Assembly: GCA_965649765.1 (NCBI GenBank)
Contig: OZ287748.1
Span: 34,720,001-34,784,000 of the forward strand
Length of the DNA stretch: 64,000 nucleotides
Source of the DNA: Bispira polyomma
Lineage: Eukaryota
Direction: 5' to 3'
A program made the translations under genes and the position numbers. The notes under the pieces were generated by a model. It was not told the DNA's origin and did no database searches. It saw nothing but the letters and a program-made list of their open reading frames with translations. Shown in pieces: positions 26,726 to 38,233 of the stretch (positions are counted from its first letter, which is position 1; the number at the start of each line of letters is the position of its first letter).

Positions 26726-27137
26726 CAGTTAACAGGACAAGCCCCAGAGCAAGGCAAAAAGTGATATGAATAACACAGTAATAACAACACCAGTATAATA
26801 GTCATTGGGCATTTAATAAATGTCTAATCTAACATTAAGTATTAGTGTGTTATACATTTACTAACTATTTACACTATGAAGAAGGGTGACCAAGTCTTAA
26901 GTTAAGGTCACCCCATTTAATTTAAGTTAACCTTAACTATAAATAAGATGGGTGACTTAAGGTCACCTTAAGTAAAGGTTCTTTTACTTTAAGTTTAAAC
27001 TTAAACAAAAGTTAACTTAAATATTTTAGTTTAAGGTTACCTTAATGTAACCCATTCAAGTTTAAAGTTTACAATTAACTTTAAGTATGCAATATATATT
27101 AATAACTGTAGTTGAAATATATATATTAAATTGCCCA
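26726..27137 (-). repeat. E1 repeat B1 (full length, ends ...TTAACTG abutting A2)
   Basis: First 247 bp match B2. The ACTG end matches the B ends of E2, E3, the solo unit and the fragment. Confidence 0.85.
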
Positions 27138-27154
27138 AACACCATACTATAAAC

Positions 27155-28128
27155 CTAGTGTTGTATTATATTTTGTAGAGATTTGGCTACAGTGGAGGAA
27201 GCGTTGGGAGTAGACTGGAGATAAGCCCATACAGCGGATGATCTCCAGCCCCCATGGGCCATAATGGCTTGGAGTTCCACATTATTGTCAAAGGCCAGGG
27301 TCGCACCCAAGCGACGGAAGGAATGGAACCCAAAAGACTGAGGGTTGAGAGACATTGACACAATTATTTCCCTCAGAACTCGCCTGATTTTATAAGCAGT
27401 CAACGGCACTAACTGCCTATTGACTTTACACATAAATACTGGAGACTCATCTTGGTTTTTATTCTTTGCAAACATATACCTTAATGCAGAAATAGGGCAC
27501 AAATCCGACTTTCCCAATGTCGGCAGCTGGACCATGTGGTACTGGTTGTACTTCTGCAATTTTTTAGCCCAATTGAGTACTATGTGTACTCCAGGTGAAC
27601 CCCTCACAAAATCCTGGCAAGTGAGATGTCTCTCAGGATTGAATTGAGTAATACTAGTTGGGACTAGATTAGATAGACGGAAAAATCCGAAAGAAGCAGT
27701 GAGAAACAAAGCTTTGTAGACATATGCATGGGGAAATGCAGAAGAGTGGTGAATGATGGAAGTAAGGATAGGAAGAGTAATTATGCCCTTCAATCGAGGT
27801 GCATAAGGGGTAGAGAGAGAGAGGGATTTGAAAAACAATTTTATTTGAGGGTGAGAGATGTTTTGAATAGGCAGAAGCCAAAGGTGAAAGTGGTATTTAA
27901 TGGCTGAAAAGTAATTATGAATAGAAGGAGGTTTGAGGCCTTGCTGTGCTAGATACTCCACAAATTGCAACAAGAAATGAAGAGAAGAGATCTCAACTTC
28001 CCCAAGGAATATGGCAAATGCCAGAAACAATCTAATACAATTGGAGTAAGCCTTTTGTGTTCTGTCAGTAAAGGCCATTTCTAACCGAGAATGTGCTGCA
28101 TTGGTTAGGAAATTTTTCAGTGGTGAAC
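27155..28128 (-). CDS. E1 tyrosine recombinase; open frame extends 5' of the ATG at 28078 to a putative splice acceptor
   Basis: Catalytic residues present: FFRLSN (R), FHSFRR (HxxR), AHGGW (H), VWAYL (Y). Confidence 0.92.
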
Positions 28129-28141
28129 CTGAAATAGTAAA

Positions 28142-30013
28142 TTACAATGAATTATTTAATACAAAATGACTTTTGGTGACCACCCACCATTTCTTTTTAG
28201 CTAATTCATCATGCACTGCTACATTTTTCTGCCCTGGTAGGAGCATACGCGACAAATAATCAGCCTGTACTTTTTTAACACCAGGTATGTGGACTATGTC
28301 AAGTTTAATGTTGTTTTTTGCCATTTCAAGCCAAATTGATCTTGCCATGACCCCTAGCCCCTGATCATGAAACCTACCGGAGTTAAGTCCCGCAACGACT
28401 GCACCATTGTCGCACCACAATTTTACTGTAGAGTTTTTAAAACAATGACCCCACATACGTAAAGCCACTAATACGTTCCACATTTCATAATGCACTATTC
28501 CAAATGTTTCAGGTTTTTCAGATGGGAGAGCAGCAGCATATACATTACTGCCTCATACCCCCCCAATGCCCACCAGGGATGCATCCACAAATAACTCATG
28601 TACAGGTTCACTCTTAAGGTGCATTTCCACCACCCCGTTGAAAGTCGACAGAAATTGATGAAACCAATTTAAATCTGCTTTGAAATCCCTGGTGAGGATT
28701 ATTCTTTCACTGGGGTAGGTTTCTCTCAGTAATTTTAACATTCGGCTTAAAAACAAACGAGCTGGAATGACGCATCTGTGAACGTATAACAGTTTACCCA
28801 GAATTGACTGAAGTTCCCTTCTGGAACATTGGGTTTTATTTCTCCATTGTTTACACATAGTTTTAATTTGATCAAGCTTTTCTTCAGGAATTTTGAGAGT
28901 ACCTTTGTTTGCATTCACCAGTATGCCCATACACACCACCTCCTCTGCTGGGGGAAATACCTTTTTGGGGTTTATGGATAGACCGAGATACTCAATCAGA
29001 CTGTATAATTGATCAAAAGATTCATGGGCTTTTTCACTTGTTTCTATGGCAACCAGATCGTCTGTATAGTTCCATATATGGTATTGTTTCCTACTCATGA
29101 GGCGGCTTATACTGTCAGTCATCCATTCACAAACAGCCGTGCCGTGCTTATAACTCATCATCACTGCTAAATCAATATAAGTAAGATCTCTCCAACGCAA
29201 GCCTGTGTACTTATAATCTCCTGGGTCAATGTGCAGGTTTCGAAATGCGCGGGAGAGATCCAGCTTGTATAATTTAGCAGTGGGGCCAATTTCGTTTATG
29301 CGATCAACCAACATATCTATTGTGGGAAGTGTTAAAATGCAGTCTTGCCCATCATACACACCCTCTGTAACTGCACTATTAACAGATGTTTTATCATGTG
29401 GCCATGAGAGGTCAACAATTAGTCGCCTGGTATTGTCATCTTTAGGTCTGGTCATTACAGGTGAGCAGTGCAACTGCTTGTAAGGAATTGTATTAAAAGG
29501 ACCTGCAATTGCTTTGTGCAGACGCTCAGTTACAAAATACTTGTCCACACTGTCAGGGAATTGCAATGCACTATCATGATTGGTTACACTATTATTAAAA
29601 ACAAAACCCTCAGTTTTCATATCTAGGGGAAATCCGAATTCCAAATATTCAGGTAACAGGATATCCCCATCCCCTTTTAATACTTGTCGCCATGCTTTGA
29701 TGTTCAATTCAGAAGGGACAGGTATACGTGCCCCCAAGTAATTAGGGCACCCCAATTTGGTAACTTCTTCATGGGCTTTCACAGCCCACTCCTCAAGTGA
29801 GTTGAATTCTACATTGTTTCTGGCAATAGGAATTTCTCCAACGTGTTTATATATGCACATAAAACCAAAGTTGTCACTTGATTTAACACCTAGACCTTTC
29901 ATTCTACCTTTGCCTTTCAAGGGATTAGTGCTAGCAATTGCCTCACACTTTGAACTGTCATTAAGGGGTTCGCCCTGATTGTTAGGTTTGCTAACACACA
30001 GTTGATTTGACAC
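28142..30013 (-). pseudogene. E1 reverse transcriptase / RNase H, one premature stop at 28553-28555
   Basis: RRLIVDLSWP, LYKLDLSRAFRNL, YTDD, ELQSILGKL; RH motifs FVDAS, YEMWNV, WCDN, HIPG...ADYLSR. The two ORF pieces are in the same frame. Confidence 0.92.
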
Positions 30014-30572
30014 CTTTGGGGTTTGCCCTGAATAGATTTTGATTGAAAAGGGGGGGGGGGGGAAACCACCCCACCTTTTTCCTTGTGAAAGGGTTCTCCA
30101 CCCTTTCCACTCTCAAACCTTTCACTACTCGTACTGGGAGTATCAACTTGTTTACTACAAGACCTGTCACTTTGTTTAACATTGTTTTTGTTTACACACT
30201 TCACATTTATATTGTTATCAACATTTCGCGGGTAACAACATTTGTACACACAGATTTCCCGCCCTTTTTACCAGGAGGGAAGCCTCCCACATAGGCCTTA
30301 ATTACACTGGTTTTGCCGCCCTTTTTACAAGGGGGAAAAACAACATTATTTACATTGTCATTTGTTCTACTTTCTACTACATTCTGCTTATGCTTCGTGC
30401 ACACTTTGTGTGGTTCACCCACAACAGTAACATTGCTAATGTCTCTATGAATATGATATTTCTCAACACTTCTTCCACTACAACTTTGAACACTATCTAC
30501 ATTAACACTATCCTTACTCTTAAAAACTCGTTCTTTTAGGTCATAACTACTGTTCCAAATCACCCTTGGCTG

Positions 30573-31784
30573 TCAGTTGTTAGAACCCTTGTGGAAATCT
30601 TTGGAGTAACTACTCCCCTTACACTGAGTCTCCCTGTGGAGCTGGATACGTTTGTCCTTAGTGTAGCACTTAGCACACGCATGTTTCAAGGTCAAATTGC
30701 CAAATATATGGTCATCACTCTGGCTGCAAGTGCCTTTGTTATAGGCTTTGCACATAACTATGTTTCCTTTACTGCTATTTTTTGAGTGAGTAGCACCCTT
30801 TTGAGAAGATTCGGATTGATTATTGTCCTTAAGAGTACGCTGAGTCAACCTGGCACGCAATTCATGTATTTCACTAAGATTATCCCAACTGATTTTGCCT
30901 TTTTCCATCTCAAGCAATAACTGACAGTGTGCACTTTTTACCGTGTACCAGGATGTTTCAAGTGCATCTCTCATGAGCTGCATCCCGTATTTTAACATGT
31001 TATCACGAATTTTGGCATTTTTCTCTTCATACACACAACCCATATACCCCTGAAACCACATGAGGGGGGTTAATTCCTCATAAGGAGGCTGTTTTTTACC
31101 AGCAATATTGTAACACAACTCATGGGGCCAATTAATTACGTGTTTTACATGATACTCAGATGTTTTTTGTAACCCAGATTTAAGTCTCTTACCATGTTCT
31201 GGTGAACGATACAGCTGAGATTTGTGACGTCGCAGTCTCTGGTCAACCTGGGCCTGGATCTGCTCATTGGTCTTTAGGAAGTACTGACTTGGTAGAATGG
31301 TGTCTTCCAGATCAGAGTCGTCTTGCTGCCTGGCATAATGTGGCTTGTGATGAGAATTTTTCTGCCTCCTAGTCTGTGGCACATAATCAATATAATCATC
31401 ACTGTCCTCCGAAGTATCCTGATGATAGCCACGACGTGGAGGGGAACTGTGTGAGGGAACTTTCACTGATTCTGCTTTCTTCCCTTTTTTAACTTCACAC
31501 ATATCACTTTCCAGTCTATTAAGTTTATCCAATATAAGGTCCAAGGTACTGCTCTGCTCCTTTCCCTCTTCGGTAACATCCTGCCTGGCTTCGTGTAACA
31601 AATTGTCTTTCTTCTTAGACTTGCCTGGTCTCACTGGTGTCTCTGGTTCTGCCTGGGGCTGAGCTCGCTTTTGTGCACGCGTCGCGGGGCCATTATCTTC
31701 CCCTGAGTCCAAAGCACACAATCTTCCAACGGGCCTCGGGTGGATCACTTGACATCTCTTGCAGTATCCTTTTTTGATAGGCAT
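30573..31784 (-). CDS. E1 Gag-like ORF1; likely start MPIKKG at 31784
   Basis: N-terminal CKRCQVIHPRPVGRLC, central KSG..WPH block, C-terminal Cys/His fingers (CKAYNKGTC..H; HACAKC..H); homologous to E2 and E3 ORF1. Confidence 0.85.
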   Translation of the reverse strand: MPIKKGYCKRCQVIHPRPVGRLCALDSGEDNGPATRAQKRAQPQAEPETPVRPGKSKKKDNLLHEARQDVTEEGKEQSSTLDLILDKLNRLESDMCEVKKGKKAESVKVPSHSSPPRRGYHQDTSEDSDDYIDYVPQTRRQKNSHHKPHYARQQDDSDLEDTILPSQYFLKTNEQIQAQVDQRLRRHKSQLYRSPEHGKRLKSGLQKTSEYHVKHVINWPHELCYNIAGKKQPPYEELTPLMWFQGYMGCVYEEKNAKIRDNMLKYGMQLMRDALETSWYTVKSAHCQLLLEMEKGKISWDNLSEIHELRARLTQRTLKDNNQSESSQKGATHSKNSSKGNIVMCKAYNKGTCSQSDDHIFGNLTLKHACAKCYTKDKRIQLHRETQCKGSSYSKDFHKGSNN

Positions 31785-32024
31785 TTTTATATATATCCAC
31801 TCTACAAATAGTCTGAGTAAAATCCATGATTTCTGTAACAATAACACTTCGAATTCTGCAGGTTATGCTTGTAAAATTAGGTACGAATATTTTAAAATGA
31901 TAAAAGAATAAAACTTCAGAAAGAAATCTGAGAATTGAACACGCCAGGCGTGGATAATTGAAGGTTATACGTCCCCTAATAAAAGGTTAAAAAAGCCATG
32001 ACAAGCATAAATTGCAGATTTCCA

Positions 32025-32236
32025 CTTTGAAGGACTGCTCCCAGCAAACACTTATTGACAACTGAGGTTGGGGCGCTCTACTGCTGGTTTTCCCGCTCAT
32101 ACTTCTTGACACTTGAACAGTGAGTGGGGGAGTCCATTATCAAGCCTAGGGAAAGAAGTGGGGGGTTTAGGTTTAAGTGGATTTAAATGTGGCAGCCACT
32201 TCTGACTGACATCAAGTGCTGGCGCCCCTTGTACAC
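32025..32236 (-). repeat. E1 repeat A1 (element 5' end)
   Basis: Direct repeat of 26514-26725. Confidence 0.95.
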
Positions 32237-32898
32237 ACAAATAACTTGTAATATAACTCACATACACACAAAAACTACTTGGTCCCCACACATGAAAGGT
32301 AAGCCAACATTCTAAGCAAAAATACACAAAAGTGCTGCGAACGTGATCAAGGTTCTTGTCCCCACATCATCTCTGGTAGCCCAATCCTCGATAAAAATGC
32401 CAGTCTACATGCATAATACTAGCACACAAACTATATACTTAAGTATTGTCACATTGTAATATTTATTGCATTAGGGCATATACCACTCACTTTACCTGTT
32501 GAATATGTCACCAGATCGAGCAGTTGTGATAAAAAAAATCAAGGCTTCTACAGATGTTATCGTTGTAGAGACATAGCCAAGGCCAATTAGATTGATGGTT
32601 ATTGCTGAGTACAAGTAGGGAGACTGCTAAGCTATATTATACCCCTGTGTGTATTGCCCTGAATTACGATGACCTAGCATTTATGAGGTGCTATGTAATG
32701 GCCCATTAGACTTTATGTCCTCACTTGATAGAGAACAATCCTCTGCCAATGTACATTTTATGCAAATATATTCCAACTGTAACATAAGGATACTACACAG
32801 ACAAGTGAACAAATATTTATCATTGTTAAGTGTTAGGAGTGCTCTGTTTAAATAAAGTATTATCCATGATGATTTACGGTAAACAGATCAATAAAAGA

Positions 32899-35800
32899 CC
32901 CGTGGAAAAGGTTTCTGGAAATTCAATACAGCACTCTTGAGAGATGTTGAATATATTGATATGGTTAAAGCAACAACAAAAGAAGTTGTAAAACAATATA
33001 CAGTGTTGACACACGATAATGGTGAAGCTTTCAGTGTCACAAACCAAATGTTATTAGAAATGAGCAAGTTAGGTGTTCGAGGTAAAACAGTACCATATTG
33101 TGCAAAAAGAAAAAAAAAGATTAGTGATTGAGGAAACTGATCTTAAAAAGAATATAAGTAGACTTGAAGATCTTCTTAGTAAAGGAAATATGGCAGAAAA
33201 TGATAACGTTAGTTGTATAAATGATATAGAAAAATTTAAACAAGATTTGGAATTGGTGAGACAAAACAAACTAAACGGGTCCCTGCTTAGGTCAAAGGCC
33301 AAAATTTATGAAGTAATGGAGAAACCATCCCGATTTTTCTGTAATCTAGAGAAGCAAAATTATACAAAAAAGCTAGTCCATAGAGTAAATAATGGTACCC
33401 GGGTTGTAACTGATCAGAGTTCAATATTGAACGAGATATCTAGTTATTATAAAAAATTATACCAATCAAAATACTCTCTGTAAATCTGCAGCATTTCAGG
33501 AAAATTTTTTGAGAAACAATCTTGTTAAAAAATTATCACATAGCGATAGAATAGTATGTGAAGGAAAATTGTCTCTATCAGAATTAAGTCTAGTATTAAA
33601 AAATATGAAAAATGGTAAATCACCATGTACAGATTGTTTCTCAGCAGAGTTTTACAAATTATTTTGGAAGGATCTTGGTATGTATATTCTAAATAGTTTA
33701 AATGAAGCTTTTGAAATAGGGGAGCTATCTATCACACAAAAACAGGGCATTATAACTCTATTACCAAAAGGAGATAAACCAAGAGAATTTTTAAAAAACT
33801 GGAGGCCAATATCTTTGCTAAATGTAGATTATAAATTACTGTCGGGTGTTATGGCCCAGCGAATGAAAAAGGTTCTACCAGGTATTATCAATGAGGAGCA
33901 AAAAGGTTTTTTAAAAAAAAGATACATAGGGGAAAACATTAGAACTCTGTATGACACAATGCGATACCTTGATGAAAAGCGTAAGCTGGGAATGTTACTT
34001 CAAATTGATTTTGAAAAAGCCTTTGATTGCATTGAATGGCCATACATAAAATCTCTATTAGTAAAGTATAACTTTGGAGAGGATTTCAGAAAATGGTTTG
34101 ACATTCTTTATAAAAATTCTTGTAGCTGCATAATAAACAATGGATTTTTTTCAGAACTCTTTAAATTGGGTAGATCCTACAGACAAGGTGACCCACTTAG
34201 CCCATATCTGTTCATTTTAGCCATAGAACCTTTATCTAAAGAAATTATAACGAATCAAAATATAAGGGGTGTTTCAGTTGGTAATGAAGTTATTAAAATT
34301 GCACAGTATGCGGATGATACTTTTTTACTGTTAGATGATACTGAAAGCTCACTTATTGAAACTGTGTCGGTTATAAATGACTTTTTATATTATTCTGGTC
34401 TCTGTATTAATTTAGATAAAACTCAAGCAGTATGGCTAGGTACAGGTAAAAATTGTAGAACAGTTATTTGTTCAAATTTAAGACTTAATTGGGTGAATAA
34501 ATTCACAGTGCTCGGTATAATTTTTAGTGTTGACCTTGATGACCTCGAAAATTTAAATTATGAGAAAAGATTAAATGAACTTGGAAGACTCTTCAAAGTA
34601 TATAGTTTATATAACCTATCTTTAGTGGGGAAAATTACAGTAATTAAAACCTTGGGGTTACCAAAGTTAGTATACTTAATGTCAGTTTTACCCAATCCAA
34701 GTACTGATATTATACAAAGAATCAATACTTTAATACAAAACTTTATCTGGAATGGGAAAGGTGAGATTAGTTTAGCACAATTGGAAAAAGATATACCAAA
34801 AGGAGACCTAAAGCCTACTAACATACAAATGTTCAACAGAGCATTGAAACTGAGCTGGGTTAAACGATTGGTTGAGACTGGTGAAAATTGGCATACTCTC
34901 TTCGAGGTAACTTCTGGTTTGAATCGAAAACATGTATGGGAACTTGATACACAGTCTCTATTGGAGATAGAACAAAAAACCAAAAATATATTCTGGAAAG
35001 ATGTAATATCAAGTTGGCGCTATTTTTAAGGGCAGTTTGTTCAAGACATTGACCCAAGAACACTTCCAATTTTTGGGTCCAGTTACCTATGTAATTCAAA
35101 TTTACTACAGAAAAGAAAATCTTTTGAAGAAGCTGGTCTGGTATATTTCAAGGACCTATTTGATCAGAATGGACACCTGTATGGTTTTGAAACATTCACT
35201 CGCCTTTGCAAGGTGAACATAAATTTTGTAGAATTTTAACTCACAGTATTCCCAGAAAATGGAGAAACTGTGGCAGAACTGACAACCCAGTTGATATTTG
35301 TCGAGAGCCTTTAGAAACTTTGCCTAAAAAGAATCAAGTATGTAGAGCCTCGTATAATATTATGATGTCGAATGTAGACTTTCAGAGAACCCATTTACTA
35401 AAATGGAATTTAATTTTTGGAACAGTGATTTCAGAATCGGATTGGGAATTTTATCACTCTATTATTTTCAAGTGTACCATAAATAGCAAAATTAGAGCTT
35501 TCCAATATAGGTTACTATTAAGGGCAATTCCAACAAATAGATATCTTTATTTTTGTAAATTAAGTCATACTGATAAATGCTATTTCTGTGGAATAGAAAC
35601 TGAGACAACAGAACATCTATTTTGGGATTGTATTATTGTTAAAAATTTCTGATTCAGAGTATTTGATTATTTTAAGGAAATATTTTGTGCAAAGGATATT
35701 TTAATTGGAAAATATATACTTTTGGGATATAAAAATGGTACACATGACTTATTGATTAATCATATATCAATAATTGTTAAACAGTATATCTATAGCACAA

Positions 35801-35935
35801 AATGCTAAGAAAAAACACTACAGTTTCATTCTCTAATAAATAAAATTGGTTTCCACTTGAAATTAGAGCAAAAGGAACAGAGAAATCTATTGATCTATTT
35901 AATCAGAAATGCGGTCCAGTTTTAAATAAGCTGAT
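32899..35935 (+). pseudogene. L1/Tx1 ORF2 (RT plus CCHC finger), disrupted by stops and frameshifts
   Basis: GKGFWKFN, NWRPISLLNVDYK, IDFEKAFD, RQGDPLSPYLF, QYADD, CYFC...ETTEHLFWDC. Confidence 0.92.
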
Positions 35936-36262
35936 ATCAGCATAGATTTTTGCTTAATTGTGTTGGTGCAGTTTTTTTTATAGTTTTTATATTTTATCAC
36001 TGAAGTTGTGAAAAAAAAAAGTTTATTTCCTATGACGAGACGTCATAGTGATAATTAGATTGGAGTAAGGGGAATTTTTTGTCATAACTTGAAACTTAAT
36101 TTGTTTTTCTGTTTTTTTTTATGGAGTGTTAAAATGCATCCTGCGAGATGTAATTTTTTGTGAAAGCCACAGAAAGAGGTTTTGTAACCCCTTTACTCCT
36201 TCTGATGGTGTTGAGAATTTTTAAATGGGGGAATAAACTATAAAAAAAAAAAGAAAAAAAAA
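32899..36262 (+). mobile_element. 5'-truncated L1/Tx1-clade LINE with poly-A tail and 14-bp TSD
   Basis: TSD AGATCAATAAAAGA (32885-32898) / AGACCAATAAAAGA (36263-36276), single copy at the empty site 19814-19827. AATAAA at 36232 followed by an A tail. Confidence 0.93.
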
Positions 36263-37129
36263 AGACCAATAAAAGATACAAAATGCCACACTGAATGAAA
36301 TAAATCAGATAACAGTAAGATTTACTTTTTATTTTTGCAAGCAAGCAATATTGAAGACAAGGATTAGGTCATTATTTTGTACAGTTTACAGATGGGCCAT
36401 TTCTGATTAGACTGAAATGCTTAAGGTGTTCATTTCAATTCTTGAAAGAATGTCAGTTGTATTTGTTGACCAATAATGCAGGCATTTGTCTCTTTATCTT
36501 CAACAACGTCTTATCTGATGATGGCTGTTTGATGATGTACAAACACAGTAATTCATAGTTAGTGTGGGATATGAATGTTTATGAGAGCTATAAAATTGAT
36601 TGTGTAAAGGTAAATGTCTTGGACCCCATTAAACCGTGTGAGAAAGAATTATAAGTTGGTATTTATATCAGCAAAACTGGACATTCAGTTCTTGGCTAGA
36701 GCGTTGGCACCACTAGATGTTAGTCCCAGAAGTGATACTGAATAAACTAACCCCCTTTCTTTCCCCCTAGGTGGGCTAATGACCACTGTTCTCTGTATGA
36801 GGACTTATGCCTGCCAGCCCTGGTTGGGGGCTATAAAAACTCCTGTTTTTCCAGGAAAATCATCAAATTTCATTTGCCTCACAAAGTGCTGCTCAAATTG
36901 TGTCTCAATTTCGGGGCTCTGCTTTTGCTACTACTCCAGCACTTTGAGCGAATGTCAAAATGCTTTAACAGATTTCAAATAAATTTTAATTATTTTAGTG
37001 TTTTATCGTAATTTTATTTGTTTATTTGTAACATATTTTAAATTTCAACAAATGCTCGTTGGAATTACTGTGGCAGAAAGAGGTTCCCAATGTGTTGTTG
37101 TGATTACGTGTTGTGTTAAAAGGGAAAAA

Positions 37130-38233
37130 TCTAGCAACGGCCTATTTTCGAAAGTGTGATAAACATCACACATGACCTGTGGATAAAAACTGTACTCCGG
37201 ATATAGCTGAACAAGAGTCTTCTCCCGTGTTAAATCATGGACGTGTTCCTGGTACTAAAGCGGCTGGAAATCCAGCTACCACAGGTCGGCCTCGCCAGCA
37301 GACTGAGTACACGGACACCGATGCAGTGTCATATACATGTGCAGAGGGATCAGAGAGGTAAGAATGTAACCTTTCCTGACACCAGACGTCGCCCCACGCA
37401 GCCTTCTCCTGAGAGATCGGGCTATGTTCCAAAAGCAAGTAGTAGGGTATGCCATAGCTCCCCTACCCGGACAGGCTATCATCCTCACAGTATTGAAGGT
37501 GATGAGACTATTATGGCTAATCGAGATTGGGAATGACTAATAGATGACATCAAATCTGAACATCGAGGGGGCCTCCCTGTTGAGAGAGGACGCCAGGTGG
37601 ATGACAGACGTGCTGATATCGGACAATTTGATCACCTTGACTCTGAAGATTTCTTATTACCTAGCCAGCAATATCTACGTACCAATGACTATACTTAAAG
37701 TCAAGTCGACGCGCATTTGCAACGTCATAAAAACAGATGGGCCTCCTCACCAGAGGAATTAGGTAAACTTAAGTCAGGCTTACAACGCACTGGTGAACAT
37801 ACTATAAAAAGCACATTAATTGGCCCCATGCAGTACGGGTTACAGTTAATTGAGGGATGCCATGGAAACTTCCTGGTATACTGCTAAAAGCGCCCATTGT
37901 GTGTTGCTCCTTAAGATGGAGAAGGGTAAAGTTGATTGGAATGATTTAAAATCAGCTCATGAAATCAGGGCTTATCTTACCCAGAGAACTATAAAACAAA
38001 GTAACCGTGATTCAAATACCACTGTTGCAAAAATAATGGGCAAAACTGTACCCTGTACGGTATACAACAAAGGTACCTGCACCCAGACAGGTGATCACAC
38101 ATTTGCAGGTATGACATTAAAACATGGTTGTTAAAATTTTTTCAGTTCTACCAAGAAATTCAGTACTTATAGGGAGATGAGGGGCCAGAAAATGGCAAAA
38201 GCCTCCAGCCAGCTCCAAAAACATAAGTATTAA
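37130..38233 (+). pseudogene. E2 gag remnant
   Basis: SPEELGKLKSGLQRTGEH, MRDAMETSWYTAKSAH, CTVYNKGTC match E1 Gag; frameshifts and an internal deletion at about 37830. Confidence 0.85.

Larger units (their letters stand above)
25717..32236 (-). mobile_element. E1: Ngaro-like tyrosine-recombinase retrotransposon with split direct repeats A1-gag-RT/RH-YR-B1-A2-spacer-B2
   Basis: A1 32025-32236 matches A2 26514-26725 (212 bp, 3 mismatches seen). The shared part of B1, 26891-27137, matches B2 25717-25963 (247 bp, 2 mismatches seen). gag, RT/RH and YR ORFs present; no integrase or protease. Confidence 0.93.

Noticed and set aside
25717-32236. Prophage, integron or LTR-retrotransposon interpretation of recombinase plus direct repeats
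   Set aside because: Eukaryotic TE context, gag-RT/RH-YR order and A-B-A-B split repeats identify a DIRS-order (Ngaro-like) element; no DDE integrase, PBS or TG..CA termini.
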